From Infirmifilum sp. (GTDB lineage Archaea > Thermoproteota > Thermoprotei > Thermofilales > Thermofilaceae), in assembly GCA_041287245.1 (NCBI GenBank), contig JBEULP010000117.1:32001-96000 (forward strand): a stretch of 64,000 bases of DNA, read 5' to 3'. This document shows, in pieces, positions 40,280 through 50,110 of this stretch. Numbering within the stretch: the first letter of the stretch is position 1; every line of letters starts with the position of its first letter. The notes under the pieces are model-generated. The model did no database searches. It saw only the letters and a list, made by a program, of their open reading frames with translations, and was not told the origin of the DNA. Position numbers and translations under genes: made by a program.

Positions 40280-40410
40280 AGTCTAAGTTTTCCCAAGTCT
40301 TTAATATCTTTTACACCCCAATGGACGGGTTATTTGGAACAAGGTTATGCTTCCTATAATTCATGGCAATAAGAATAAAATACTTTGTCTAATAATCCTC
40401 TACGTTTATA

Positions 40411-41505
40411 ATGCTCGGTGCTCTTAAAAAAATAGTAAGGAGGCACATACTCACACTCATCCAGTTGGTATTTGTCTTAGCCTTGGCTGCTTATATACTT
40501 CAAGGCTTCGACGTCAACGAGTTTTTTCAAGCTATATCTCATGCGAAGATACAGCTATTGGCATACCTTGTAATCTTTGAGATTTCCTACTATCTTTTCC
40601 ACGCAATGGCGTTCTGGGCCCTAACCCGCGCGAGGTTCAGAATTAAGGTTCAGGAGGCATTGGGTGGAACCATGCTCGCCTGGCTTGTAGACCTTATCCT
40701 TCCCTCAGCCTTCATAGAAGGAGATATCGTACGGATAGTTTTCCTAAAACAGTACGGTGACTGGGCCACATCGATAAGCTACAATCTCTTCTTCCGTTTT
40801 CTGCTTAATACAACACTTGCAGTCTTTATACTTGCAGCTACAATTTTCGCAATAAACCTAAACGCCGCCCTTGTGAACTACATTTTTCTTTATGTGCTTA
40901 CAGTTTTGTTGGCTTTTCTGAGTGCTTCTCTGATAGCTATCTTCATTTTTGATGCGAAGAAGACACTTCGTATAGTAAGTTTTATTATAAGAAAACTACC
41001 TGTGAAAAAGAAGGAAGTTTTGGAGGAGGAGGCTGACAAGTTCTTAGGCTATGTCTCCGAATCTGCAAAAGATTTTTCAATTTTTAGTCTGAACCTATGG
41101 GTGGCAATCCTATGTCTTTTGGGACAGTGGATAAGCGGTATAATGACTCCTTACTTCTCGTTGAAAAGCGTAGGTGTAGACATTAACCCTGTCTTGATAG
41201 CACCTGGCTATACAATTTTAACAGTATTCTCACTGGCTTCTATTGGGGTGCCCTTTATGGTTGGCAGTGTGGATGTAGCCTTGATTACACTCTACCTTTT
41301 ATTAGGAGTCCCTAAGGAAAGAGCCATAGTAGCAGCCTTTCTAGGTCGCGGTATAACAATTCTGGTAACTCTCTCCCTAATATATCCGATAGGCCTTTAT
41401 TATGGTAAGAAGGTCTTCTCGAAGGGAAATATAGAAGGGTTAAAGGAAGCCATAAGTAATTTTTCAAAGGAATATGGCATAAACCTACCTTTCTTCGCTA
41501 AATAG
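40411..41505 (+). CDS. flippase-like membrane protein (UPF0104 / LPG synthase TM family)
   Basis: Multi-TM; LILPSAFIEGDIVR, PFMVGSVD, FLGRGIT; divergent from a GT2 gene. Confidence 0.75.
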   Translation: MLGALKKIVRRHILTLIQLVFVLALAAYILQGFDVNEFFQAISHAKIQLLAYLVIFEISYYLFHAMAFWALTRARFRIKVQEALGGTMLAWLVDLILPSAFIEGDIVRIVFLKQYGDWATSISYNLFFRFLLNTTLAVFILAATIFAINLNAALVNYIFLYVLTVLLAFLSASLIAIFIFDAKKTLRIVSFIIRKLPVKKKEVLEEEADKFLGYVSESAKDFSIFSLNLWVAILCLLGQWISGIMTPYFSLKSVGVDINPVLIAPGYTILTVFSLASIGVPFMVGSVDVALITLYLLLGVPKERAIVAAFLGRGITILVTLSLIYPIGLYYGKKVFSKGNIEGLKEAISNFSKEYGINLPFFAK

Positions 41506-41853
41506 TTATCTATTACGGCTATTGAAAATCTCTCGTAGCTCTTTCCGTACTCTCTCGCGAATCCGTTCATCGAGAAATAAGTCGACATCCTTAAGTTCTA
41601 ACAAGGTTGATACGGCTACTACATGGGAGCATATACCTTTCTCTTGGAAGCCCTTACACGTGCATACGAGCTTTCCCCCCTCAACCCGAACAAGGTGTTT
41701 TCCAACCTTACCCATGACATAATAAAGATAAGGGCTAATCCGTACCACTCTTCCCTCAGCTAGTAGCCAAGCTGCCCGGGATATGATTTTATCCATGGGG
41801 ATTTCTTTCTTTTGAACGGCATCTTTACCTGTTAAAGCATTATTGCTCGACAT
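41506..41853 (-). CDS. SWIM zinc-finger protein
   Basis: CTC-x7-CSH (CTCKGFQEKGICSH); start placed at ATG 41853 to avoid overlap with the divergent gene. Confidence 0.8.
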   Translation of the reverse strand: MSSNNALTGKDAVQKKEIPMDKIISRAAWLLAEGRVVRISPYLYYVMGKVGKHLVRVEGGKLVCTCKGFQEKGICSHVVAVSTLLELKDVDLFLDERIRERVRKELREIFNSRNR

Positions 41854-41902
41854 TACGGTAAACTTTAATCCCCTCTCACTTATTAACTTTGGTGCGTGGC
41901 GT

Positions 41903-42403
41903 ATGCGTATCGCGGTAATATCCGACTCGCATGACCACCTAGAAGCCTTAAACAACTTTATCACCAAAGTAAAGGGGGAAGTAGAAGTTATTATCCACGC
42001 GGGAGACATAGTCTCGCCTTTTGCCCTTAGAGCTCTCAGAGGCTTCAAGGTCTATGCTGTCTTCGGCAACAATGATGGTGAAAAACTACTCTTGAAGAAA
42101 ACCGCTGATGAACTAGGGATAGTACTAGAGGAACCCCCTCTTTTCCTCACACTAGAGGATAAAAAGATAGCCGTTATACATGGAGCATCTACCCCAGATA
42201 AAACCGAACTCTTAGTACAGGCACTTGCACAAAGCGGGCTATTCCATCTGGTTATATATGGTCACACACATAAGGCTGACGTAAGAAAGATCAAAGACAC
42301 TCTCATTGTAAACCCTGGCACTATCTCAGGTTATCTCGCGCCGACGAGAACTTTTGCCGTAGTAGACCTGGACAGCATGCATGTAGATCTCGTTGAGGTG
42401 TAG
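41903..42403 (+). CDS. metallophosphoesterase (YfcE/MJ0936 family)
   Basis: SDSH, HAGD, GNND, HG, GHTH, NPG motifs. Confidence 0.93.
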   Translation: MRIAVISDSHDHLEALNNFITKVKGEVEVIIHAGDIVSPFALRALRGFKVYAVFGNNDGEKLLLKKTADELGIVLEEPPLFLTLEDKKIAVIHGASTPDKTELLVQALAQSGLFHLVIYGHTHKADVRKIKDTLIVNPGTISGYLAPTRTFAVVDLDSMHVDLVEV

Positions 42404-42408
42404 TTTTC

Positions 42409-43284
42409 TTGAATAATTTCCAGTTGCTCTCAGCAGCCCGTGAAGCCGCAAGGCGCGGTGGCGACGCAGCCATAGCAGCGCTTCGCCAAGGCGTTGCAGG
42501 CAGGGTTGTTGGGAAAGGCAAGGGAGGCGACTTTTCAATCCAAGGGGATGTAGACTCGGAGAAAAATATCATTGAAAGCCTAGTGACAAGCATTGGTGAG
42601 CTTAAGGTTGTGACAGAAGAAGCAGGCGAGAGAATATATGGGGAAAATCCTGAATACACAGCAATCATAGACCCAATTGATGGGAGTCGAAACTATAAGC
42701 GTGGGCTCCCATTCTTCTCAGTCTCGATAGCCATTGCTAGAGGAGAAACTTTGGAAGATGTTATAGCAGCAGTAGTCTATGCTCCCCTACTAGGCATGGA
42801 GTTTTCAGCAATCAAGGGTCAAGGCGCTTTTCTGAATAATGCCCCAATTCGCGTAACCACACATGAAACGGTAGAGGGGGGTCTCATCTTTGTAGGCGCC
42901 TCTCCAAAAGCCGTTTTTTTACCTCAACTATATATCCTGCACCTCGTATCAAAAGGAGGAATCGTCAGGAGCCTTGGAAGTGCAAGCCTTGAACTAGCTT
43001 TCGTAGCATCGGGCGGTGCCGACGGCTATATCGACTACTGGGGGACTATGAGGGTAATCGATATAGCCGCTGCTTTCCTCATAGCACGAGAAGCCGGCGC
43101 ATGGGTGAAGCTCAAGGGAATCATTAAGGACAAGGCGGAGCTCTCTCTTAAAGAGAGATTGTTCATACTGGCATCTGCCACCCCGAAACTAGCGGCTGAG
43201 CTAGAAGAGATTTACCATGAAACCTTGGGGTTGAAACCCGAAGATCTGTTCCCGGTGAGTTTGCCACATGAAACCCAGGGTTGA
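42409..43284 (+). CDS. suhB: inositol monophosphatase / FIG-family phosphatase
   Basis: TEE, DPIDGS, RSLGSASL, DIAAA. Confidence 0.9.
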   Translation: MNNFQLLSAAREAARRGGDAAIAALRQGVAGRVVGKGKGGDFSIQGDVDSEKNIIESLVTSIGELKVVTEEAGERIYGENPEYTAIIDPIDGSRNYKRGLPFFSVSIAIARGETLEDVIAAVVYAPLLGMEFSAIKGQGAFLNNAPIRVTTHETVEGGLIFVGASPKAVFLPQLYILHLVSKGGIVRSLGSASLELAFVASGGADGYIDYWGTMRVIDIAAAFLIAREAGAWVKLKGIIKDKAELSLKERLFILASATPKLAAELEEIYHETLGLKPEDLFPVSLPHETQG

Positions 43285-44008
43285 CGCTCACGTCCATCTT
43301 TACGAGTTTAAGCCTGAGGAACTCGAGTCTTTGATGAATAACAACATAATCATGGTCACTGTAGCAGAGGATTATGAGTCTTCCCTTAAAAACATCGAAT
43401 TAAAGGATACCTACCCCTCAAATGTGAAGGCATGTATAGGTTTGCATCCTTGGAAGATAAAGGAAGATGCTGAGATAAAGAGACAGGTTGATCTTCTCTG
43501 GGACCTGGCACGGGAAGCCGATTGTATAGGCGAGGTGGGATTAGACAAAAAATTTGTCCCATCAACTTTCCATATTCAACAGCAAGTTTTCCGGGAAATC
43601 CTAGACATCGCCTTAAAAGCCAGGTTACCTTTAAATATTCATGCCGCCGGGGCGTGGCGCGAGACTTTCGAGATTGTTGTAGCGGGAAAAATCGAGAAGG
43701 CACTTTTCCACTGGTACACGGGACCTCTTGATATTCTCGTGAAAATATTTGAGAAAGGCTATATGGTAAGCGTTAATGCAGCTGCTAGAATACAGGAGAA
43801 ATCCAGGAGAATAGCGGCCCTTATACCTTTTCATCTCCTTTTAACTGAAAGCGACGGACCCTACAACTATAGGGGCATGAATCTTTCTCCTCAGCTTATA
43901 CCCGAATTAACAAATCTTTTAGCTAGCATCAGAGGAGTCAGCGAGGACTATATCATCGAGAATGTATACAATAACCTCGGGAGATATTTGGGATTCAAGC
44001 AAGGGTAA
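43268..44008 (+). CDS. TatD family hydrolase
   Basis: DAHVH, GLHPW, IGEVGLD, FHWY, LTESDGP. Confidence 0.93.
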   Translation: MKPRVDAHVHLYEFKPEELESLMNNNIIMVTVAEDYESSLKNIELKDTYPSNVKACIGLHPWKIKEDAEIKRQVDLLWDLAREADCIGEVGLDKKFVPSTFHIQQQVFREILDIALKARLPLNIHAAGAWRETFEIVVAGKIEKALFHWYTGPLDILVKIFEKGYMVSVNAAARIQEKSRRIAALIPFHLLLTESDGPYNYRGMNLSPQLIPELTNLLASIRGVSEDYIIENVYNNLGRYLGFKQG

Positions 44009-44021
44009 ATGCTCCTTTAAA

Positions 44022-44099
44022 CCTGTGTTTTCAGCCGGTTTGGTACTCATCACCAATCAGTGTCGCGCAGCGCTCATCAGCAACTTTGATACACACAGG
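44022..44099 (-). ncRNA. box C/D 2'-O-methylation guide sRNA
   Basis: Minus strand: cUGAUGA (C) - 13 nt - CUGA (D') - GUGAUGA (C') - 12 nt - CUGA (D), flanked by complementary CCUGUGU/ACACAGG; intergenic. Confidence 0.88.
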
Positions 44100-44138
44100 A
44101 AGTATAAGATTTTTATTCCACGTGAGAGGCTTCAATGT

Positions 44139-44918
44139 GTGAAAATTGTAGACTACAGGGGGTATAGACTTTATATCTACCGGGAGGTCAGGCTTCGGAA
44201 GGGTATACTTGTGCAGGGACTGCCGGGAATAGGTCTTGTAGGAAAGATTGCAGTGGATTATATAGTAGATACGTTAGGTCTTGAGAAAATCGCTGAACTG
44301 TTTGGGCCGGGATTATTACTACCTATAGGAAACGCAGGAGTTTTTGTAGATAATACCGGTAATCTACAACTTCCCTCGTATAGGTTTTATCTCTACTCTA
44401 ATGCTTCACAGGACGTTCTTTTCCTTACCAGTGAAGTGCAGCCGGCAAGCTGGGCACAGTTTGAGGTTGCTGAAGCGGTGCTAGAGTATTTTCAATCCAT
44501 TGGGGGTGAAACTGTGATAAGCGTATGCGGTACAAGTGTTGAGGAGCCGAAAATAGAAGTGGTGTATGCCCTGGCGCGGAGCCAGAGAGAGAAAGAGTTG
44601 GAGGATCTAGGATTGAAAAAGAGCGCTGGTGGAACAATAACAGGTGCCTGCGGTTTAACTCCGGCGCTAGCGGCTTTAAGGGGGCTTGAAGGTGTTGTCA
44701 TCATGGGTAGCACTGCTACGCCCGAGCCAAACCTAGAGAGCTCCAGAGAAATTATAAAGGTGGTCTCAAGGCTGCTTAAAATAGAAATCAGTCTTGAAGG
44801 ACTTGACAAAATGATCAAGGAGCAACAATTAAAAAGAGAGGAGCTAGAAAGAGAATTGGAGGAAGCTGCGGAGAAAGCCCAGGAGAAAAAGGAAGGGCTT
44901 CCCAGCTGGTATGTTTAA
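44139..44918 (+). CDS. PAC2 family (proteasome assembly chaperone-like) protein
   Basis: GLPGIGLVGKIAVDY, SEVQP, GTITGACG; GTG start inferred. Confidence 0.88.
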   Translation: MKIVDYRGYRLYIYREVRLRKGILVQGLPGIGLVGKIAVDYIVDTLGLEKIAELFGPGLLLPIGNAGVFVDNTGNLQLPSYRFYLYSNASQDVLFLTSEVQPASWAQFEVAEAVLEYFQSIGGETVISVCGTSVEEPKIEVVYALARSQREKELEDLGLKKSAGGTITGACGLTPALAALRGLEGVVIMGSTATPEPNLESSREIIKVVSRLLKIEISLEGLDKMIKEQQLKREELERELEEAAEKAQEKKEGLPSWYV

Positions 44919-44921
44919 ACT

Positions 44922-45224
44922 TTACTCGATGACTTCCCAGTCCTCCTCAATAATTTCGCCTTCTACTAGGGCTTCGAACTTTTTCCAAAGTTCTTCTAAG
45001 TAATCATCTTTAATGGTAGAATCCATTAATCTGCGCCAGTCACCCCAGTCGTTAAAGAGGTAGATTTCCAGGATTTCTATGTTACCTTCATCTTCGTGGA
45101 TAAGCATGTACTTCTGGAAAACCGGTGAATAGGATTTCATTCTTTTATCGATCTCTTCGATCACTTTGAACATCTGTTCAACATTATCTACACGCACTTT
45201 ATAGCGAAACGTCTTAGAGTACAC
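44922..45224 (-). CDS. hypothetical protein, possible dimeric alpha-beta barrel (ABM/NIPSNAP-like)
   Basis: 100 aa ferredoxin-like beta-alpha-beta-beta-alpha pattern. Confidence 0.5.
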   Translation of the reverse strand: MYSKTFRYKVRVDNVEQMFKVIEEIDKRMKSYSPVFQKYMLIHEDEGNIEILEIYLFNDWGDWRRLMDSTIKDDYLEELWKKFEALVEGEIIEEDWEVIE

Positions 45225-45286
45225 GCTTAGCTAAGCGTAAATGATATAAATAATATATGCTCACCTAGATAAAATAGTGAGTATGG

Positions 45287-46201
45287 TTGCCGCCGCGTAG
45301 AGAACTGCTGTTACTTCCTCTTGTAACTCTGGCAATTCTTTTTTCATCCTATGGTGGGGAAAGAAAAGTTGTTTTTCCGGGAGTGAACGAGGAAGACGCT
45401 TTTGCTCTAATCTTTCTGGCGTTTATCTCTTTTCTAGCAATAAACATTATCCTTATGCGGCATGAGATCGCTGACATTATTAAAGAACTGCTCAGGAGCG
45501 ATAAGGAGGAGTTAACAGGTCAACGCCGCAACTTTTTGCTCTCATTTATCTTCAACCTAATAATCCTGTTAGTTTTGTTTCTTCTTGTTAGCAGAAACAA
45601 ACCCTCCCCGCCTCTTGAGAACTACTCTCAATCTCTTCAAGTTTACAACGGTACTTTCATGAACACGTCTGCCCGACCTGAGGCTGTTCAGCCTCTCATT
45701 CTGGCTCATCAGACCAGCGGCGGGGAAGGCCTGCTCTATCACTACACTCCTGTTATAATACTTCTGATCTCTACGATAGTCGTCTTCTCTCTTATACTAG
45801 CCTTTCATGAGAAAACAGATGCCTCCGCAATTGATAGTTCTCATTCTTTTCAATCACAGCTGCTACGCGAGACGACCATTGCACTGGGACAATTAAAGGC
45901 CAACATGGATATAAGAGCCACCATCATAGAGTTGTATACTTCTTTTTGCCGTGAACTAACCAAGAGGCGGCTACGCATAGGGGGTGAAATGACAGCTAGA
46001 GAAATAATGAACGAAACCATGATGTTAATCCCCTCTATTCCGAGAAAGCCCCTTGAGGATCTCACATACCTTTTTGAGAAGGCGCTCTACAGCAATCACC
46101 CGCTCCTAACAGATGACAAGATTAAGGCTGAAAATGCCTTAACAGAGATTATCGTTTCGCTTAAAAATGCGTCGAGGAGTGAAGAGCTTGAAGAGGGTTA
46201 A
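45287..46201 (+). CDS. membrane protein with C-terminal DUF4129 domain
   Basis: Several TMs; IIELY...EMTARE...LTYLFEKALYS-H. Confidence 0.82.
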   Translation: MPPRRELLLLPLVTLAILFSSYGGERKVVFPGVNEEDAFALIFLAFISFLAINIILMRHEIADIIKELLRSDKEELTGQRRNFLLSFIFNLIILLVLFLLVSRNKPSPPLENYSQSLQVYNGTFMNTSARPEAVQPLILAHQTSGGEGLLYHYTPVIILLISTIVVFSLILAFHEKTDASAIDSSHSFQSQLLRETTIALGQLKANMDIRATIIELYTSFCRELTKRRLRIGGEMTAREIMNETMMLIPSIPRKPLEDLTYLFEKALYSNHPLLTDDKIKAENALTEIIVSLKNASRSEELEEG

Positions 46202-46490
46202 AGTCTTCTACATCCTGTTGTCTCTCTTAGCTGTTGCTTCAGCTTTAACCTACGATGTGCTAGGAATCTTATTCTTCTGGACAATAGCATGGATTTCGCT
46301 TGTCGCGTTAGCATTACTTTTCTTGGTTGAAGCATATGGTCGAAGGCTTCCGGCACACAGACCCAGCCCCAAGACGGAGGAAGAAGAATATGAAGGGCTA
46401 TTAGAAGAGACGCGTAAAAAAATAGCCAGCGGTAATAAAGTCGGTATCGAGGAATTAGAGAAACGGATTTTCTACTTTTCGTCTGAGTAG
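46167..46490 (+). CDS. small membrane protein
   Basis: Two hydrophobic segments; overlaps the DUF4129 gene end. Confidence 0.6.
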   Translation: MRRGVKSLKRVKVFYILLSLLAVASALTYDVLGILFFWTIAWISLVALALLFLVEAYGRRLPAHRPSPKTEEEEYEGLLEETRKKIASGNKVGIEELEKRIFYFSSE

Positions 46491-46658
46491 ACTTGTTCTT
46501 CACAGGTGCCCGGCACGCGTTGCTACCGCCAAGGAACTAAAATAAGCTTATGAGTTCAGTTTCATTCTCGGCGCTTGCGTCCGCAAGTCCCTGTGGGTGT
46601 TTTTTGTAACACGGGATGCTATTAGGTTTATATTTATCAGGTACCTGATGGAAAGTGC

Positions 46659-47603
46659 ATGAGTGAGTCATTGTTTAACAATCTATATGAGGAACTCTCA
46701 AAGGCTATTGTGGGGAAAAAGGATGTTATAGATAAAGTTCTCGTGGCATTTCTCTCTCAAGGCCACCTGTTAATCGAGGATTACCCCGGAATGGCTAAAA
46801 CTCTTCTTGCCTCGTCTTTTGCGACCGCTTTAGACCTTGACTTCAGAAGAGTTCAATTTACTCCTGACCTCCTACCCTCGGATATAACCGGCGGATACTA
46901 CTGGGATGTTAAGGACGGAGAGTTTAAGCTTAGAAAAGGTCCTATTTTTACTAATATTCTCCTAGCAGACGAGATAAACAGGGCTCCACCTAAGACTCAG
47001 AGCGCATTATTAGAGGCGATGCAGGAAAGACAGGTCACCATAGACGGTAATACAATACCGTTAAACCAGCCATTCATGGTAATAGCCACTCTCAATCCAA
47101 TTGAATATGAAGGTACATATCCCCTGCCCGAGGCTCAGCTTGATCGTTTTCTTATAAAAACAAGAATAGGCTACCCGAGTTTTCTAGAGGAGAAGCAGAT
47201 TCTCAAGAAAAGGATTGAAAGAAAGTCTGACAAACCGAGGATAAACAAGGTGATATCACGTGAGGAGATATTATTTTTACAGAGGAAAATAGAGGACGTT
47301 TACGTTGACGACTCTATAATCGAGTACATTATACAGATAGTTTCGAAAACACGAGAGGCGAGAGAGGTCGAGGTGGGCGTCAGCCCACGAGGCTCTGAGG
47401 CTCTTATGAAAGCTTCGCGCGCTTTAGCCTTTATAAGGGGGAGAGACTATGTTATTCCAGACGACGTGAAGGAGCTGGCTGTTCCAGTTTTATCCCATAG
47501 GCTAGTCTTAAAGGTTGAAAGTGTTGTGAAAGGGTCGACGGCGGAAGATATAGTAAGGGAGGTTCTCAAGAAGGTAGAGGTTCCTCGAGGAGTTAGGGGT
47601 TAG
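46659..47603 (+). CDS. moxR: MoxR family AAA+ ATPase
   Basis: PGMAKT, RVQFTPDLLPSD, ADEINRAPPKTQSALLEAM, YPLPEAQLDRF, SPRG. Confidence 0.96.
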   Translation: MSESLFNNLYEELSKAIVGKKDVIDKVLVAFLSQGHLLIEDYPGMAKTLLASSFATALDLDFRRVQFTPDLLPSDITGGYYWDVKDGEFKLRKGPIFTNILLADEINRAPPKTQSALLEAMQERQVTIDGNTIPLNQPFMVIATLNPIEYEGTYPLPEAQLDRFLIKTRIGYPSFLEEKQILKKRIERKSDKPRINKVISREEILFLQRKIEDVYVDDSIIEYIIQIVSKTREAREVEVGVSPRGSEALMKASRALAFIRGRDYVIPDDVKELAVPVLSHRLVLKVESVVKGSTAEDIVREVLKKVEVPRGVRG

Positions 47604-47605
47604 GA

Positions 47606-48823
47606 GTGCTTACAACTAAGGGATGGATCACTGTCGTCACAATCCTTGTTGTTTTTGCAGTAGGACTTATACTCCAAAGGTGGTTTCTACTTTTATTCGA
47701 TTTGCCCCTGCTTTACACCGTGTTACTGAGTCTTTCATATTTACCTGCTTCTCCTAGCGAAATAGAAGTTAACCGCTATATCGAGAAAAGACGTTTTATT
47801 GAGGGGGACGAGCTGAGTGTGACTATTCAATTCAAGAACAAATCCGAAAAAACCGTTATTCTAGCTATTTCTGAAAAATTGGAGCCACCCTTAGAGGTAG
47901 TGTCAGGAGATACACGAGGTATGTTTGTGCTCAAACCAGGTGAGGAACAAAGCCTAAAGTACAAGGTACGTTCCAGTAAGAGAGGGCATTATAGCCTGGG
48001 ACCGACACTAGTCGAAGCCTTTGAACCATTTATGCTGCAGAAAAAAAGTCTTGTCTCTCTACCTCCTGACGAGATAGTTTTCCTCCCTATGATATTAAGA
48101 AAATACCGCTTAAGCCTAAAGGCCAGTTATACTCTTCCCCGTCACGGAGAAATAGCCTCGAGAAGACAGGGGGAAGGCGGTGACTTTCTCGAGATTAGGG
48201 AAGCACAAGAAATCATCCTTAGGCGTGTAAATTGGAAAGCTACGGCGAAAACTCAGCGATGGATGATAAACGCATTCGAGGGCGAGAGGCTTACAAGTGT
48301 CCTGGTAGTGTTAGATGTTAGTGGTAAAAGGCTTCTAGGAGAGAAAATAGACGAGTACATTGATGATATAGTTCGAGTAGCCGCATCAATTGTCTATACT
48401 CTTATAAATGCCGGGAACCGAGTTTCTCTGTTGATAGTGGGAAATTACCGGGATTGGATAAAACCAGGCTCAGGGAAGAGGCATGCCCTTTGGCTACTCT
48501 CATCCCTTGCTGACGTCAGGTTTCTGCCGACTAGACAAATAGTCGAGTATGAGGAGGTTTTCAAGCGGATTTCACTACTTATTTCTCCAAAAGGATCCTC
48601 TGTTGTAATTGTCTCATCTTTTACTGAAAAGGATATATTTAAAGTAATAGAAGTCGCTGAGAGAATGGGTTACTCGCTTACCTGTGTTGCCGTGAATCCG
48701 TTTCACAAGCGGTTGCTGAAAGACGAGGCCTTATATGGGCTTCTTGCGACAGCATGGAAGCAAGGTATTGTGAGAATTCTCCCGTCGCGAGGACGTAAGG
48801 TTATATTGGTGGAGCCTCAATGA
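47606..48823 (+). CDS. DUF58 domain protein (vWA-like)
   Basis: N-terminal TMs, RGHY-LGP, DFLEIRE, RRVNWKATA, VLDVS. Confidence 0.9.
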   Translation: MLTTKGWITVVTILVVFAVGLILQRWFLLLFDLPLLYTVLLSLSYLPASPSEIEVNRYIEKRRFIEGDELSVTIQFKNKSEKTVILAISEKLEPPLEVVSGDTRGMFVLKPGEEQSLKYKVRSSKRGHYSLGPTLVEAFEPFMLQKKSLVSLPPDEIVFLPMILRKYRLSLKASYTLPRHGEIASRRQGEGGDFLEIREAQEIILRRVNWKATAKTQRWMINAFEGERLTSVLVVLDVSGKRLLGEKIDEYIDDIVRVAASIVYTLINAGNRVSLLIVGNYRDWIKPGSGKRHALWLLSSLADVRFLPTRQIVEYEEVFKRISLLISPKGSSVVIVSSFTEKDIFKVIEVAERMGYSLTCVAVNPFHKRLLKDEALYGLLATAWKQGIVRILPSRGRKVILVEPQ

Positions 48824-49311
48824 TAAATGAGAAACTCCTGGTTGTTCTGCTCGCAGGGTTTAGCTTGATACCTGTTTTAGCCCTTAGCCTACCAATGTTA
48901 CTTAAAACCACCCTGTTTTTTATGATCCTTTTAACAATAATAGGTTACCTGAATTCCAGAGAACTTATAATTGAGGTCGGCTTCTTTACGAGTTATATTT
49001 TAATACTTTTGTACGCTGCCTACGACGCAACTCTTCTACTTCTAGCCGTCCTAACCGCAACATATCTACTTGTAATACGTGATGCTCTACATATCCTGAG
49101 AATGGGAAAAGTGGCTGGAGCATGGTATATCGTAGGGTGGTATCTTCCTATTTATGCAACCTCTCTAGCCATAATATTCACTTATTACAACTTCAGGTTC
49201 GCGATACCAAGAATGTCGGCAACTCTGCTTGTTCTTTCCGCGCTACTTATATTGCTCATAATTGCCCTTTTCCTGAACCTTTCAAGAGAAAATACTTCTC
49301 AATCGCATTGA
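48820..49311 (+). CDS. multi-pass membrane protein
   Basis: Almost wholly hydrophobic; ATGA overlap with the DUF58 gene. Confidence 0.7.
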   Translation: MINEKLLVVLLAGFSLIPVLALSLPMLLKTTLFFMILLTIIGYLNSRELIIEVGFFTSYILILLYAAYDATLLLLAVLTATYLLVIRDALHILRMGKVAGAWYIVGWYLPIYATSLAIIFTYYNFRFAIPRMSATLLVLSALLILLIIALFLNLSRENTSQSH

Positions 49312-49921
49312 AAACTTTCGGCACAACCGCCTCTGCTTGCTCGTTTGCCTCTATTATGATGAGACGTTTTCGTTCCTCGTAGAAACGTATAATTGGAGTA
49401 AACTGCTGTTGAAATATTTCAAGCCTTTGTTTAACTACTTCCGGCCTATCATCTTTACGTAGAATTAAAGGTCCACCGCACCTATCACAGACACCTGGAA
49501 CCTTTGGGGGCATATATTTGACATGATAAATCGCGCCGCAAACTGAACACACCCTTCTCCCACTCACTCTCTCAATTATAACATCCTCTCGTGCAACAAA
49601 GTCTAATACCAGGTCAGGACGGGCAAATTCTTCTAACGCTTCGGCCTGGGCGAGCGTTCTTGGAAACCCATCCAAGATAAATCCTTTCTTACAGTCCTCC
49701 TCTTGTAACCTCCTCTTAATAACCTCGATAACCAAGTCATCCGGAACAAGAAGTCCCCTATCCATGTATTCCTTTACCTTAACTCCAAGCTCTGAACCCT
49801 TCTTAACCTCTTCGCGAAAAATATCTCCCGTTGATATGTGGGGAATACCATACTTTTCCTTCACAGCTTGCGCGTAAGTTCCCTTCCCCACACCGGGGGG
49901 TCCTATAAATACAAGTCTCAT
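49256..49921 (-). CDS. adk: adenylate kinase (bacterial-type, Zn-binding LID)
   Basis: GPPGVGKGT, HISTGDIFR, GFILDGFPRT, CSVC...CDRC, RKDD. Confidence 0.96.
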   Translation of the reverse strand: MRLVFIGPPGVGKGTYAQAVKEKYGIPHISTGDIFREEVKKGSELGVKVKEYMDRGLLVPDDLVIEVIKRRLQEEDCKKGFILDGFPRTLAQAEALEEFARPDLVLDFVAREDVIIERVSGRRVCSVCGAIYHVKYMPPKVPGVCDRCGGPLILRKDDRPEVVKQRLEIFQQQFTPIIRFYEERKRLIIIEANEQAEAVVPKVFNAIEKYFLLKGSGKGQL

Positions 49922-50110
49922 GCCCAAACCCCGTTTTATACTCAAGCTGATTTCCTCAAAAAACATTAAAGCCTTTCGGATCACTTTTAGCACACGACGC
50001 TTGATTCTCTCAACCATTAGCTCCCAAAGTCTTTGTATCTTCTAAAAAAGCTTCTAAAAAAGAATAGACCTTACAAGGAGAATATTGAAAAACTTGTTGT
50101 GCTTAACTAT

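Noticed and set aside
41854..42048. N-terminal extension of the SWIM ORF
   Set aside because: Antisense overlap with the metallophosphoesterase gene; an internal ATG fits better
43962..44138. N-terminal extension of the PAC2 ORF in the track
   Set aside because: Overlaps the TatD 3' end and the antisense C/D sRNA; family similarity starts only after GTG 44139
46491..46658. GC-rich short palindromes (GTGCCCGGCAC, CTTGCGTCCGCAAG) upstream of moxR
   Set aside because: Loops too small and no RNA family features; could be chance
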